64,000 nt of DNA, from positions 27,402 to 91,401 of the forward strand of contig SUUL01000001.1 in assembly GCA_015062545.1 (NCBI GenBank), in the 5' to 3' direction. The position numbers were made by a program, and so were the translations under genes. The notes beneath the pieces are model-generated. The model was not told where the DNA came from, did no database searches, and worked only from the letters and a program-made list of their open reading frames with translations. Shown piece after piece: positions 44,553-56,214 of the stretch (its first letter is position 1; each line of letters begins with the position of its first letter). Origin of the DNA: Alphaproteobacteria bacterium (GTDB lineage Bacteria; Pseudomonadota; Alphaproteobacteria; Rs-D84).

Positions 44553-45796
44553 GTCATGCTTTTATAAGTCTTGCTGCCAACGGTATCACCAAAAATATTA
44601 TGCTTGCGTTGGGTTAAACTTTCATATTCATCACTGGATATAATACGCAAAACAAAACCAGGTTCATCACGGTTAGATAACACAGGAACAATACGCTGTT
44701 GAGATACACCATTATCTGTCAAGACCTGTTCCACAATGGCCAGACGGCGTGCCGCCAATTTACGCGCATCTGTGCCCACAGTCATATATTGTGGAATTGC
44801 GACCTGAATCGCACGCGTTGGTTTGTTTACAACAATGCCTGCATATTCCGTTAACAATGTGTAATTATCACGCGACAGCGATGAATCTTCGTTACGGAAT
44901 TTGATTTTTATCTCTAACGGGCGAATACCTGTACCTTCGGATAAATCATTGCGGGCGGTAAAGCCTTCTATGGATGCACTCATATCACTGGCGACATCAA
45001 AGCGACTGTCCATAGAATATGTGGACAAGTGTTTGTTTTCTGACAAGAACGTTTTACGAAACGCCTGGCGCAACTGGGCAGGGGTCATTTGTGACATATC
45101 GTCACGAACCGCCGCAATACGTGGTGATGTATTTTCGGCAACACGGCGAACAATCACATCATCAGACATCGGAACGACCATCCTGCGAACAGATACAGAT
45201 TCCGCCGGTGCAGGCATTTCAACCGGCGTATGTGCCGCAATAACAGGCGTATCTGCAACAGGGGCCGCAATTACACGCGATGATACATTGCGAACACTGT
45301 CATCTGCACGGCGTTGCAATTCATTCAAACGCGCAATTTGATTATCAATCGTGCCAATCGCAGGCGCAACAGGTTCCGCCACACGTGCGATGGCGCGATT
45401 GGTGTTTATGCTCTCCTCTGGCAAAGGGGTATCTGTACGTAACACAGCAAATTCTTCTGGCCGTGGCATACGCAACGCAGTATCATTTTTGGCCCACAAA
45501 TCTGGACTGGGGCGGCGTGGCGATAACACATCGTTTGATGCAACAATTTGTTCACCACTATCAACCGATACAGCAGGTGCCGTCTTGGTTGCAACACGCG
45601 CAACAACCGCGCGTTGTGATGACTTTTTCTTTACTGGAGCAACAGAAACCTTGTGCGATGAAACGTGTGTATCTTCCCCAAAGGCACTGCGTGCAGAAAC
45701 ACCGCCAGATGCAACATTCACAACCGGCAAATGCGCACCTGCCATGGCGGGTAACGCAAATAACACTGACAATACAGTGATTGTTATGTGACGCAT
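44546..45796 (-). CDS. Secreted Ala/Val/Pro-rich protein with a possible OmpA/MotB-like C-terminal domain
   Basis: Signal peptide MRHITITVLSVLFALPAMA; low-complexity central region; C-terminal ~110 aa loosely follows the OmpA-like pattern (IKIKFRNEDSSLSRDNYTLLTEYAGIV...LAARRLAIVEQVL...RIVPV...EPG). Confidence 0.45.
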   Translation of the reverse strand: MRHITITVLSVLFALPAMAGAHLPVVNVASGGVSARSAFGEDTHVSSHKVSVAPVKKKSSQRAVVARVATKTAPAVSVDSGEQIVASNDVLSPRRPSPDLWAKNDTALRMPRPEEFAVLRTDTPLPEESINTNRAIARVAEPVAPAIGTIDNQIARLNELQRRADDSVRNVSSRVIAAPVADTPVIAAHTPVEMPAPAESVSVRRMVVPMSDDVIVRRVAENTSPRIAAVRDDMSQMTPAQLRQAFRKTFLSENKHLSTYSMDSRFDVASDMSASIEGFTARNDLSEGTGIRPLEIKIKFRNEDSSLSRDNYTLLTEYAGIVVNKPTRAIQVAIPQYMTVGTDARKLAARRLAIVEQVLTDNGVSQQRIVPVLSNRDEPGFVLRIISSDEYESLTQRKHNIFGDTVGSKTYKSMTW

Positions 45797-45866
45797 TTTC
45801 CTTTCCTTCCACTTGCATCATAGAACAAATGACGAATCGTGTGCAAGCAGAAAAATACGTTTGATA

Positions 45867-46910
45867 TTATTTTGTTATTTCGTCCGCAATTAATGTAACG
45901 GCATTATTCGGAACCAATGCTTTGGATGCCATCTTGGCCAACTTTGACGGATTGTCAAACAGGTCTGACAATGTTGACGACAGCCAACGCGGTGTAAACT
46001 TGGATTGCTCTTGCGATAAACCACCGCCGGTCTTGGCAAAACTGGCCGCGTTTGCCGCTTGATCAGGATTAATCCCCAGTGGCACCAGAATCGCAGGACG
46101 ACCAATTGTTTGTAATTCTACAACGGTGCTGGCACCGCTGCGCCCAATCACCAAGTCTGCACCCGCAATCGCGGCCGCCATGTCATGAATGAACGACAAT
46201 ACATTGGCATGAATTTTATTGTCTGCATAAAATTTTTGAAGACGTGCAACATTTTCTGGACGCGTTTGATGTGTAACAAAAATCTTTTTATTTTTTTGTG
46301 CAACAACCGCTGCAGGAACAACTTCGTCCAAAATTTGTGCCCCCAAAGAACCACCCGTCACCAACAAACGCGATGCATTCGGCAACGCCGTTCCCGCCGC
46401 AGCCAAAAAATCATGTCGCACCGGCAGCCCCGTATAAACCACACGAATATTTGTTTGTGGAATCCCAGACACTGATGGAAAACTGGTCATCAATGTCTTG
46501 ACCCAGCGCATCGTAAATTTGTTTGCGCGACCAATCGCAGCATTTTGTTCGTGCAGAAATGTTGGAATATGCCAAACGTGTGCCGCAAATACCGGTGCCA
46601 CAGATGCATATCCACCAAAGGCAACAACCCTGTCCGGACGAAAGACCATAAAACGCAAAGTTAATGCAACCGCGGAAACACCAATCTTGAACAATGCCCA
46701 CATTTGCTGTATGCGACTTTTTGCACCAACGCCAGATGCCCATACATGCGAAATGCGTGCGCCACGCGGCGCATCACGGCGAACCATGGAATCAACACGA
46801 CCATCACATGAAATCGTTACCCGATGACCACGCGCAACCAATTCTGTGGCAACACTTAATGCCGGAAAAACATGTCCACCTGTTCCACCTGTTGCAATCC
46901 ATATTTTCAT
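45867..46910 (-). CDS. murG: UDP-GlcNAc:undecaprenyl-PP-MurNAc-pentapeptide GlcNAc transferase
   Basis: MKIWIATGGTGGHVFPALSVA N-terminal G-loop; 347 aa. Confidence 0.9.
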   Translation of the reverse strand: MKIWIATGGTGGHVFPALSVATELVARGHRVTISCDGRVDSMVRRDAPRGARISHVWASGVGAKSRIQQMWALFKIGVSAVALTLRFMVFRPDRVVAFGGYASVAPVFAAHVWHIPTFLHEQNAAIGRANKFTMRWVKTLMTSFPSVSGIPQTNIRVVYTGLPVRHDFLAAAGTALPNASRLLVTGGSLGAQILDEVVPAAVVAQKNKKIFVTHQTRPENVARLQKFYADNKIHANVLSFIHDMAAAIAGADLVIGRSGASTVVELQTIGRPAILVPLGINPDQAANAASFAKTGGGLSQEQSKFTPRWLSSTLSDLFDNPSKLAKMASKALVPNNAVTLIADEITK

Positions 46911-46914
46911 AATC

Positions 46915-48072
46915 TTAATCCTTTGTTTTCCATTTATCTTCGCGGATTAATGCCAGTATCATACCAAACAATAGGCAATATGCTAACAACGAACTGCCCC
47001 CATAAGATATAAATGGCAATGTCATTCCCTTTGGCGCAAATAAATTTAACGTGGTTAGCATGTTAAAACAAATTTGGGTACCAAACAACGCGGCCGCACC
47101 ACCTGTCGCATATAAAACAAACAAGTCACGCGCATTACTGGCATTTTGGATTAAACGGCGAAAAACGTAAAACAATAATACCAACAAACCACACGCCATT
47201 ATCGCCCCCAAGTCTTCGGCAATCGCCGCAAAAATAAAGTCTGTATGAACGTCAGGCAGATACTGCTTAACAAACGCTTCATCACCAGACCCCAACAGTC
47301 CACCATGTCGAATAGAATCAACCGAATTATCAACCTGATATGTGTCACCGGCCCCGGTAAAAAATGCCAAGATACGGCGATGAACGTGACCAAATGTAAA
47401 GAACGCAATAACCAACATCAAAAATCCAATTCCACCCAAAACAGGTATCAAAACAAACGGCAATCCCGCAATAAATATCATCGCAGAAAATACCCCCAGA
47501 TACAGTATGGATGTACCCAAATCTGGGTGATTAAATATAATCCCAATCATTAATAAAAATACCGCCAGATAATACACCCAACTGAGCCACGTATCAAAAC
47601 GCCATGCTTCCTTGTTAAAGAAAATATTTGCACCGTAACGTTCTTTCATTTTTGATAAAAAGTACGCGGTCATAATAATAAACCCAGGCTTCATAATATC
47701 AGAAGGCATAATATTAAACCCAGCCAACTTAACAAATCGTGCCGAATTATTAATAATACGTGGTGCAATTACCGTCAATGGCAATAATGCCAAACCAAAT
47801 GCCAGATTTGCCCCACCCAACAGTAAAACCTGCTTCTTGTTTAGAAAACTGGTTATCAATAATGTGATAATCCCCAGTATGTAAAATGGCATGGCCTTGA
47901 CCAAGAAATAAAACCAGGGTTCGCCCATGTGTTCCGCCTTGATAGAACCCGCAGACACAACAAAAACCACCGATAATAAAATCATTATAAGTACACACCA
48001 CAACAGACGGCGGTCTGTTTCAAAATACCAACTGGTTAATGTACTTTCTTCGGTACGATCCGGTTTTATCAT
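46915..48072 (-). CDS. ftsW: Peptidoglycan glycosyltransferase FtsW (SEDS family)
   Basis: 10-TM SEDS protein between mraY and murG. Confidence 0.85.
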   Translation of the reverse strand: MIKPDRTEESTLTSWYFETDRRLLWCVLIMILLSVVFVVSAGSIKAEHMGEPWFYFLVKAMPFYILGIITLLITSFLNKKQVLLLGGANLAFGLALLPLTVIAPRIINNSARFVKLAGFNIMPSDIMKPGFIIMTAYFLSKMKERYGANIFFNKEAWRFDTWLSWVYYLAVFLLMIGIIFNHPDLGTSILYLGVFSAMIFIAGLPFVLIPVLGGIGFLMLVIAFFTFGHVHRRILAFFTGAGDTYQVDNSVDSIRHGGLLGSGDEAFVKQYLPDVHTDFIFAAIAEDLGAIMACGLLVLLFYVFRRLIQNASNARDLFVLYATGGAAALFGTQICFNMLTTLNLFAPKGMTLPFISYGGSSLLAYCLLFGMILALIREDKWKTKD

Positions 48073-48087
48073 GACACCCTGTTTTCT

Positions 48088-49176
48088 TTATGCAAATTTC
48101 AATAATACCAGTGCAAAACCAGAAAATAAAATAGACAAGATAAAAAAGCGTTCTACTATTTTTGTTTCTGGCCAACCCAATTCTTCAAAATGATGATGCA
48201 ATGGCGCACGCAAAAACACGCGCCGTCCCGTACCAGTTACGCGCCGCGATGCCTTGAAATACATTGTTTGAACAAACGATGACAGCAATATTAAAACCAT
48301 CATGCCCGCAGCAATCCCCATGATAATTTCAGATTTTAACAGCATCGCAACGGTTCCCATAAAACCACCCAACGCCAATGACCCAACATCACCCATAAAT
48401 ATTGCAGCAGGCTTGGAATTATACCACAAGAATCCCAAAACCGCACCAAACGCCGCACCCAAGACCGCATAAAGACCACTGGCCGATGGCAGGAACATAA
48501 CCGTATCCATAAAACCAATGCGGGTTGCGCCATATAATGCAACAACCAACACAACCAATACAGGCATATACAATTTTGCCAACATACCATCCAAACCATC
48601 TGTGATATTTGTTGCGTTGGCACTGCCACAAATTACAAAGTACGCAAAAACATAATACAACAAGCCCAATGGCAAAATAATCCCCGCACCAATCGCCAAA
48701 GAGTATTCTGGGATATATGGCGGCATGGTTTGATTAATTAAATATGCCAAAATTATAACAAAAATCCCTTCGGTAACCAGGCGTGTTAATGGCGACAAGC
48801 CGTTTGCCGCTTTCTTGGATTGAGATACAACTTTCTTGTAATCATCAACAAAGCCCAATGCACCAAACAACACCAATGCAACCAACGCAATCCATCCAGT
48901 TGGATTGTACATTGGCATAAATAAAATACCACCCAACAATATCGCACAAATAATTAATATACCACCCATTGTTGGTGTACCCGCCTTTTTGCGGTGGGCA
49001 CCAGGTACATTTTCACTGATGGGTTGCCCTTTTTTCTGTAACGCATGCATTGCACGAATAAAAGATCGACCGAACAGTATCATTATTAAAAATGCCAAGA
49101 AAAAACCACCTGCAAATTGTGTCCAACCACTGGCAAAAAATGAAAATCCATGACTTAAAAAATATTCTGTCAGCAT
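48088..49176 (-). CDS. mraY: Phospho-N-acetylmuramoyl-pentapeptide transferase
   Basis: 362 aa, 10 TM, conserved MraY loops (TPTMGGILI, NATNITDGLDGM). Confidence 0.9.
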   Translation of the reverse strand: MLTEYFLSHGFSFFASGWTQFAGGFFLAFLIMILFGRSFIRAMHALQKKGQPISENVPGAHRKKAGTPTMGGILIICAILLGGILFMPMYNPTGWIALVALVLFGALGFVDDYKKVVSQSKKAANGLSPLTRLVTEGIFVIILAYLINQTMPPYIPEYSLAIGAGIILPLGLLYYVFAYFVICGSANATNITDGLDGMLAKLYMPVLVVLVVALYGATRIGFMDTVMFLPSASGLYAVLGAAFGAVLGFLWYNSKPAAIFMGDVGSLALGGFMGTVAMLLKSEIIMGIAAGMMVLILLSSFVQTMYFKASRRVTGTGRRVFLRAPLHHHFEELGWPETKIVERFFILSILFSGFALVLLKFA

Positions 49177-49243
49177 AAAAAATCCTTTTCCTTATGCTGA
49201 CATTTTATCACAAAAGATTTAATAAACAAATGGTATTATGCAA

Positions 49244-51283
49244 TTAAAATATACCACCAACAACAGGTGCACGTGAACTGGACTTTTTATTAGGCACAGG
49301 ATTCGGCGACTGACCGGGTTTGAAGGCCTCTAGAATAATTGTACCATCCGAATCCGCCGTGGCAGATGCACCGCTGCGCCGATTTACACGCACAAAGGTC
49401 AGTCCATCAGGAACAGCAAATGGTTTATTTTTAGAATCTGCCAGCGCAACACGCATAAAGTCTGCAAAAACACGTGCCGCCATGTGTGACCCCGCCCCAC
49501 GCCCCAATGGCTTTGGCGTATCATACCCCAGATAAACACCCGCAATTAAATCCTTGGAGAAGCCGATAAACCAAACATCTTTGACATCGTTTGTTGTACC
49601 TGTTTTGCCGGCAATCGTGTGCCCAGAAACACGCGCCTGTTTTCCAGTACCACGTTCAACCGCCCCCTGTAAGATGGACACCATTTGATATAAACTGTGC
49701 GCATCTGATAAAGGTGCGGATTCAATCGTATTTTCTGGTGGTGTTAAGTCATCAGACCATTCAACAAATTCTGTCGCACCACCACCAACAACATTACCAT
49801 ATCTGTCTTCGATATAGTCAACCAACTTTGGCTGAATCGCGCGACCACCATTTACAAACGCAGAATAACCCAAAACCAATTTTTCCAATGTCGTTTCGCC
49901 AGACCCCAACGCCATTGATAAATTCATATTTTTCATATCAGATGGATAGACACCAAATCGTTGTGCTGCCTCAATCGCATTTTCGGTACCAATTTGTTCC
50001 ACCAGGCGCACAGTTGGAACATTACGCGATGTTTCCAAAGACAAACGCAAAGGAACGTCACCCAAGAATTTCTTGTCATAATTTTCGGGTTTCCACAATG
50101 TATCATCTTCGCGCCAACCAACAATCGGGGCATCCAAAATCATTGTCTGTGGGGTAAAACCACGTTCCAATGCCGCCAAATATACAAATGGCTTTATCGT
50201 TGATCCAATTTGACGATATGCCTGGGTTGCGCGGTTAAAAGAACTTTCATTAAAAGAACGCCCACCAGCCATCGCAACAATACGCCCAGTATGCGGGTTC
50301 ATTGCAATAATCGCACCCTGTAATTTTTCTTCGCGCCCCGTATTATACGCATCCAATTCACGGTTCAGGGCATTAGATGCCGCAATTTGTAATTCTGGGA
50401 CAATCGTTGTCTTGATATACAGCCCCTGATTATATAAAACTTCACGCCCCAACGTACCCAACAACTGACGGCGAACATCTTCGGCAAAATATTGAAATTC
50501 TTCTGCCATTTGGGCGGTAAAACCACTGTTTATGTTCAATTCTTCCGCAGCCGCCGCAGCTGCTTCGGCCTGGGTAATAAAGCCTTCTTCAACCATACGG
50601 CGCAGGACATAATTTCTGCGTTCTACTGCGCGGGTACGGTTATTCGGTGCTTTGGGTAAGGATGCCAAAAATGCACATTCTGCCAATGTTAATTCAGATA
50701 CAGGCTTGTTGAAATACATCAGGGCAGCAGAACCAACACCGTATGCACGCGCACCCAAGAATATTTGATTCATATACAAGGTCAAAATATGTTCTTTGGA
50801 AAAACTGCGTTCCAAGCGTAATGCCAAAATTGCTTCTTTTATCTTTCTGGAAATCGTGCGTTCAGATGTCAGGAAAAAATTCTTGGCAACCTGTTGCGTA
50901 ATTGTGGACGCACCAGACAATGTCGTATTATAACCAAACATGCGCATCGCATTATTTACCAATGCACGTGAAATCCCCTGAACATCAATACCGGGGTGCG
51001 TCCAGAAATTTTGGTCTTCGGCCGCGATAAACGCGTTTACCAGTTGGGGTGGCATATCCGCATAGTCAATAAACACACGTCTTTCTTCGGCGTATTCAAT
51101 CAACAGCGAACCATCAGACGCATACAGACGTGTTGCAACAGGTGGTGCGTATGTCGCCAACTTTTTATAATCAGGTAAATCATTTCCATAAATAAAAACC
51201 AACACCGCCAGCGATGCAATACCGGCAACAAATAACCAAAAAAAAGTATTAAACAAAATACGAAAGAATTTTTTAATTTTCAT
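49244..51283 (-). CDS. mrcA: Bifunctional penicillin-binding protein 1A (transglycosylase + transpeptidase)
   Basis: GT51 motifs (EDQNFWTHPGID, RSF...RLE); transpeptidase STIKP, SxN and KTGT. Confidence 0.85.
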   Translation of the reverse strand: MKIKKFFRILFNTFFWLFVAGIASLAVLVFIYGNDLPDYKKLATYAPPVATRLYASDGSLLIEYAEERRVFIDYADMPPQLVNAFIAAEDQNFWTHPGIDVQGISRALVNNAMRMFGYNTTLSGASTITQQVAKNFFLTSERTISRKIKEAILALRLERSFSKEHILTLYMNQIFLGARAYGVGSAALMYFNKPVSELTLAECAFLASLPKAPNNRTRAVERRNYVLRRMVEEGFITQAEAAAAAAEELNINSGFTAQMAEEFQYFAEDVRRQLLGTLGREVLYNQGLYIKTTIVPELQIAASNALNRELDAYNTGREEKLQGAIIAMNPHTGRIVAMAGGRSFNESSFNRATQAYRQIGSTIKPFVYLAALERGFTPQTMILDAPIVGWREDDTLWKPENYDKKFLGDVPLRLSLETSRNVPTVRLVEQIGTENAIEAAQRFGVYPSDMKNMNLSMALGSGETTLEKLVLGYSAFVNGGRAIQPKLVDYIEDRYGNVVGGGATEFVEWSDDLTPPENTIESAPLSDAHSLYQMVSILQGAVERGTGKQARVSGHTIAGKTGTTNDVKDVWFIGFSKDLIAGVYLGYDTPKPLGRGAGSHMAARVFADFMRVALADSKNKPFAVPDGLTFVRVNRRSGASATADSDGTIILEAFKPGQSPNPVPNKKSSSRAPVVGGIF

Positions 51284-51331
51284 AATAAACAAATTTTACG
51301 ATAAAAAATGCCTATTTGCAATAAATCTTTG

Positions 51332-51586
51332 TTATTTCTTTTTGGCGCGCGCACGTTTGCCCAAGATTTCAACCTGCATTTTTAATATCAGGTTTTCTTT
51401 TTCACGGATTGTTTCAAGCAATTTTTGATTTTCCAGTTTTATCTTTTCCAACTCTTGACGACCAAAAACAACCTGATTCGCCATTTTTTTGTTTCGTTTT
51501 TTATTCAGAAAAAATGCAAATACGGCACCCAAGATTGCGCCAATAGATGCACTGAGAACATCAAAAAGTGTTTCCAAGATAGCCAT
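51332..51586 (-). CDS. Small membrane protein with a coiled-coil (FtsB/FtsL-like?)
   Basis: One TM (SIGAILGAVFAFFL) followed by a heptad helix. Assignment speculative. Confidence 0.35.
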   Translation of the reverse strand: MAILETLFDVLSASIGAILGAVFAFFLNKKRNKKMANQVVFGRQELEKIKLENQKLLETIREKENLILKMQVEILGKRARAKKK

Positions 51587-51626
51587 GGAAACACTTTAAC
51601 ATTTTTGCCAAATACACGCACCAGGA

Positions 51627-52223
51627 TTATTTTCGCATACCTGTCTTTTTATCTATCCAGACCTGTTCGTCTGCAATTTCCATCATTGGCAAATCGGACT
51701 TGCTGTCAGAATATGCACGAACAACATGTGGGATGATTTTATTTTCCTTGGCCCATTCATCCATAACCAGAACTTTATTTTTACCCCAGCATAAAAATTC
51801 GTACTTCCACGGTTTTTCTTTGTTCATTTCAGAACAAAACACCGCATCAAATTTCATATCACGAACCAATGGACGTAACAAATAATCCGGACTGGCAGAA
51901 ATCATCAAAACTTTGCGACCGGCATCACGTTCAGATTGAACACGTTCTTTGGCCCAACCAAAACGTTCCAGTTTGTGCTGCTTGATAAAACCAGGCGCAA
52001 ATTTTTTAACCATTTTTGGTGTCATAAAACGGCGAATATTTTCGCGCCACCAAATACCATCTGGATTAAACCAACGACACACACCACATACCGCCATCAA
52101 TGGCAAATAAAACCAAGGACGAACGCTGTGACGAAAACAATATTTTGCAAACGCAACGTTTGAATCACAGCAGGACAATGTGCCATCAAAATCAAATAAA
52201 ACAACTTCGGTTTTTTTCAGCAT
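51627..52223 (-). CDS. HAD-superfamily hydrolase
   Basis: DxDGT motif (VVLFDFDGTLS) at the N-terminus; 198 aa. Confidence 0.6.
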   Translation of the reverse strand: MLKKTEVVLFDFDGTLSCCDSNVAFAKYCFRHSVRPWFYLPLMAVCGVCRWFNPDGIWWRENIRRFMTPKMVKKFAPGFIKQHKLERFGWAKERVQSERDAGRKVLMISASPDYLLRPLVRDMKFDAVFCSEMNKEKPWKYEFLCWGKNKVLVMDEWAKENKIIPHVVRAYSDSKSDLPMMEIADEQVWIDKKTGMRK

Positions 52224-52238
52224 ATATTTTCCCTTGGG

Positions 52239-54647
52239 TTAGATTTGTGCGCGAACTTCTTCAACCTCGTAACATTCAACGCGGTCACCTTCTTTCAAGT
52301 CATTATACTTGTCAAAAGACATACCGAATTCAACGCCACCAGACACTTCTTTTACTTCGTTCTTTTCACGGCGCAACTGTCCAATTTTGCCGTCATATAT
52401 AACAACATTGTTGCGCAACAGACGAACAAACGCATCTTTCTTGATTGTTCCTTCGGTCATGCGACAGCCGGCAACACGAATTCCCTTGCCAACGGTGAAC
52501 AATGCAATAACATCTGCATATCCGATAAATGTTTCGCGTTTTTCAGGTGCAAGTTTACCAGACAAGATTTCTTTGATTTCATCTGTAATACGGTAAACAA
52601 CACTGTGATAACGGATATCAACACCATTACTGCGCGCCATATCACGCACAACCGAATCCGCACGAACATTAAACGCAATAATCACCGCGCCAGATGCAGT
52701 TGCCAAACGTATATCACCTTCGGTAATTTGACCAACACCAGATGACAATACATCAACACCAACCTTGTCAGTATTAATTTCTTTGACCATGTCTGTAATC
52801 GCTTCGACAGAACCTTGAACGTCCGCACGCAAGATAACTGGCAAAATCAATTTCTTGGTTTCGTCACGTTTCGCGAATAATTCTTCCAACGAAGAACGCT
52901 TGACAGCGTTTGCTTTATCCTTGGTCTTTTGTGCGCGATATGCGGCAACCTCACGTGTTTGCGCTTCGGTTTCCATAACGCGCAATTCATCACCCGCAGA
53001 TGGGACTGTGTTTAACCCCAACACAACAGATGGCTGACCCGGGCGTACAGATTTTACACGTTCGCCAGACGAATTTATCAATCCACGAACACGACCAAAT
53101 GTTTCACCAACAACAAACACATCACCAATCTTTAATGTGCCTTGGCGCATCAGTACAGTTGCAACCGCGCCCAAACCTTTTTCCTGTTTGGCTTCTACAA
53201 CATACGCAACCGCAGGCATTTGTGCATCGGCTTTCAATTCCATCATTTCAGCCTGCAGAAGAATCGCTTCTTCTAATTTGTCCAAACCGATTTTCTTGGT
53301 GGCAGAAATTTCAACACATTGAACATCACCGCCCATTTCTTCGACCTGAACTTCTTGTTGCAACAAGTCTGTCTTGACGCGCAATGCATTTGCTTCGGGC
53401 AAGTCAATCTTGTTAATTGCAACAATGAATGGAACGTTTGCCGCGCGAATATGATTAATTGCTTCAATCGTTTGTGGCATAATAGAATCATTTGCCGCAA
53501 CAACCAAAACAACAATATCTGCCATTTGCGCACCACGCGCACGCATTGCTGTAAACGTTTCGTGACCTGGTGTATCCAAGAACGTAATCATCGCACCAGA
53601 TTTTGTTTTAACTTCATAAGAAGATACATGTTGGGTAATACCACCCGCTTCGCCGGCAGCAACGTTTGCATTACGGAACGCGTCCAACAAAGATGTTTTA
53701 CCGTGATCAACGTGTCCCACAACGGTAACAACCGGTGCGCGCGGTGTCATGTTTTCTGGATTTGGTTCACGTTCCAACTGATCCGCATAAGGTTTTACAT
53801 CAACGCGTTTTACAGTTGCACCAAATTCGCCAGCAATCAATTCTGCGGTATCTGCATCAATAGACTGATTTACGGATACCATCATACCCATTTCCATCAA
53901 TTTCTTGATAACATTACCAACCTTTTCCGCCATGGCGGCCGCCAAATCTTTAACGGTTATTGTGTCGCCCAATGTAACAACGTGTTCCACCTTTTGTGGG
54001 GCAGTAAACATTGCGCGCGCCTTTTCGCGGAAACGTTTTAATGATGCTTCGCTGCGGCGGCGATTTGCACCACGAATTCCGATTTCATCTTCGTCTTCGC
54101 CATCGCCCATAACAATGTCATGCAGATGGATTTTTCCCGTTTTCTTGAAATCTTTTTTAGAGTTGTTAAATTTATTTGGACGTGTGTCTTCTTCATCGTT
54201 GTTACGATTTTTACGTCCCTGACCTGCAACAGCATTGTTTGTAAACACCTTTGGTGCGGCGGCAGGTTTATTACTGCGTTGCGGGGTTGGTTCTTCGGCA
54301 ACTTCGGCAGGTATTGCATCCGAATTCTCACGCGCCGCCAACTGAGATTTAACCTGTTCGTATTCACGTGTTTCACGTTCAATTTCCGCAGCACGTGCGG
54401 CACGTGCCGCTTCTTCTTCGGCTTCGCGCGCCTTGCGTTCTTCTTCACGAGCCTTGGCCGCCGCCAACACAGCACGCAATTTTTCATCCGCTGCATTTTT
54501 TGGTGCAGATGGCGTTACAGGTTCGTCACGCAATTCCTTGCTGCCTGGGGCAATAACACGGCGGCGGCGTTCTACGAACACCGCATCGCCTTTCTTGCTG
54601 CGCACCGCATCAGTTGTTACAGATTTTCCAAGTGTTAATGTTGCCAT
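52239..54647 (-). CDS. infB: Translation initiation factor IF-2
   Basis: G-domain motifs ([26 protein letters not shown]); charged N-terminal region. Confidence 0.95.
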   Translation of the reverse strand: MATLTLGKSVTTDAVRSKKGDAVFVERRRRVIAPGSKELRDEPVTPSAPKNAADEKLRAVLAAAKAREEERKAREAEEEAARAARAAEIERETREYEQVKSQLAARENSDAIPAEVAEEPTPQRSNKPAAAPKVFTNNAVAGQGRKNRNNDEEDTRPNKFNNSKKDFKKTGKIHLHDIVMGDGEDEDEIGIRGANRRRSEASLKRFREKARAMFTAPQKVEHVVTLGDTITVKDLAAAMAEKVGNVIKKLMEMGMMVSVNQSIDADTAELIAGEFGATVKRVDVKPYADQLEREPNPENMTPRAPVVTVVGHVDHGKTSLLDAFRNANVAAGEAGGITQHVSSYEVKTKSGAMITFLDTPGHETFTAMRARGAQMADIVVLVVAANDSIMPQTIEAINHIRAANVPFIVAINKIDLPEANALRVKTDLLQQEVQVEEMGGDVQCVEISATKKIGLDKLEEAILLQAEMMELKADAQMPAVAYVVEAKQEKGLGAVATVLMRQGTLKIGDVFVVGETFGRVRGLINSSGERVKSVRPGQPSVVLGLNTVPSAGDELRVMETEAQTREVAAYRAQKTKDKANAVKRSSLEELFAKRDETKKLILPVILRADVQGSVEAITDMVKEINTDKVGVDVLSSGVGQITEGDIRLATASGAVIIAFNVRADSVVRDMARSNGVDIRYHSVVYRITDEIKEILSGKLAPEKRETFIGYADVIALFTVGKGIRVAGCRMTEGTIKKDAFVRLLRNNVVIYDGKIGQLRREKNEVKEVSGGVEFGMSFDKYNDLKEGDRVECYEVEEVRAQI

Positions 54648-54675
54648 ATTTTAACAACTCCCGTTCTTTTGTTTT

Positions 54676-56214
54676 TTATTCTTCGTCCTGTTTGATATCG
54701 TATGCGATTTCGCGCGCCTTCATAATTACGCGACCCGCCAAACGATTAGACATTGTGTCTTCGCCCAAGATTTCAACCAATTCATCTGTTGCCAAGTCTG
54801 CCAAATCTTCCAATGATTTGATGCCTGCCTGACCCAACTTCATGATTGTTGGACGCTTGATAAAGTCAAAATTCAACAAGTCATCAGACATACCCAATGC
54901 ATGACCGTTATCAATGTAATCTTGTTCTACCTTGTCCAAGTAATCCTTGGCGCGTTTTTGCAATTCTGCCGCCAATTCTGGGTTAAAGCCTTCGATTTCT
55001 TCCAGTTCCGCAATATCAACAAATGCAATTTCTTCAATCGTACGGAAACCTTCGGTAATCAATAACTGGGCAATCATTTCATCAACGTCCAAGCCACCAA
55101 TGAACAATTCTGTCTTTTCCTTGAATTCTTTTGCACGGCGTTCTTGTTCTTCGGTTTCGTTCATAACATCAATGTTCCAACCTGTTAACTGAGATGCCAA
55201 ACGAACATTCTGACCACGGCGACCAATCGCCAAAGACTGTTGATCTTCGTTAACAACAACTGCCGCACTGCGTGTATCTTCATCAACGATGATTTTTGCG
55301 ACCTTGGCAGGTTGCATCGCGTTAACAATAAATACTGCAGGGTCTTCGGAATACAAGATAACGTCAATCTTTTCGCCATGACATTCGTTAATCACAGGCT
55401 GAATACGTGTACCCTTGATACCAACCGTCATACCAACCGCATCAATAGATGGGTCATTCGTTTCAACAGCAATTTTCGCGTGTGAACCTGGGGCGCGCGC
55501 AACAGATTTAATCTTGATAATACCTTCATAGATTTCTGGAACTTCTTGGACGAACAATTTTTCCATAAACATTGGGTGCGTACGTGTCAAGAAAATCTGA
55601 GGCCCCGTATTAGAACGCGCAACGTCCATAATCAATGCACGAACACGATCGCCAACCGTCAAACGTTCGCCAGGAATCAATTCTGTACCCTTGATATAAC
55701 CTTCGGCCTTGCCATTGATATCAACAAAGACATTGCCAAATTCAATGCGTTTAACAACACCACTGACGATATCGCCAATATTGTCTTTGAATTCTTCGTA
55801 CTGACGACCTTTTTCTGCATCACGCACACGCGCAGTCATAATTTGTTTTGCGGTCTGGAATGCCATACGGCCAAATTCTGGTTCTGGCAAAGCATCTTCG
55901 ACCACGTCACCAACAACAGGATTTTTCGCATATTTTTTTGCCTGATCCACAGTTAACATTGTGTTTGCATCATATTCTTCGCCAACAGATTCTGGGGATT
56001 CAATAACATCAAACAAGCGTTTAACATAAATTGCACCATTTTTACGGTCAATTTGGGCGGTGATATTGAATTCTTCGCCATACTTGTGCTTGGCAATTTT
56101 GGCAATCGCCGCTTCTAGTGATTCAATAACAATTTCACGTTCAATCTGCTTTTCCGCGGCCAAAGAATCAATGGCCAACAGCAAATCTTGACGAGGCATA
56201 GATACAAAAGACAT
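54676..56214 (-). CDS. nusA: Transcription termination/antitermination factor NusA
   Basis: S1 and tandem KH domains plus C-terminal acidic repeats; 512 aa; immediately upstream of infB. Confidence 0.95.
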   Translation of the reverse strand: MSFVSMPRQDLLLAIDSLAAEKQIEREIVIESLEAAIAKIAKHKYGEEFNITAQIDRKNGAIYVKRLFDVIESPESVGEEYDANTMLTVDQAKKYAKNPVVGDVVEDALPEPEFGRMAFQTAKQIMTARVRDAEKGRQYEEFKDNIGDIVSGVVKRIEFGNVFVDINGKAEGYIKGTELIPGERLTVGDRVRALIMDVARSNTGPQIFLTRTHPMFMEKLFVQEVPEIYEGIIKIKSVARAPGSHAKIAVETNDPSIDAVGMTVGIKGTRIQPVINECHGEKIDVILYSEDPAVFIVNAMQPAKVAKIIVDEDTRSAAVVVNEDQQSLAIGRRGQNVRLASQLTGWNIDVMNETEEQERRAKEFKEKTELFIGGLDVDEMIAQLLITEGFRTIEEIAFVDIAELEEIEGFNPELAAELQKRAKDYLDKVEQDYIDNGHALGMSDDLLNFDFIKRPTIMKLGQAGIKSLEDLADLATDELVEILGEDTMSNRLAGRVIMKAREIAYDIKQDEE

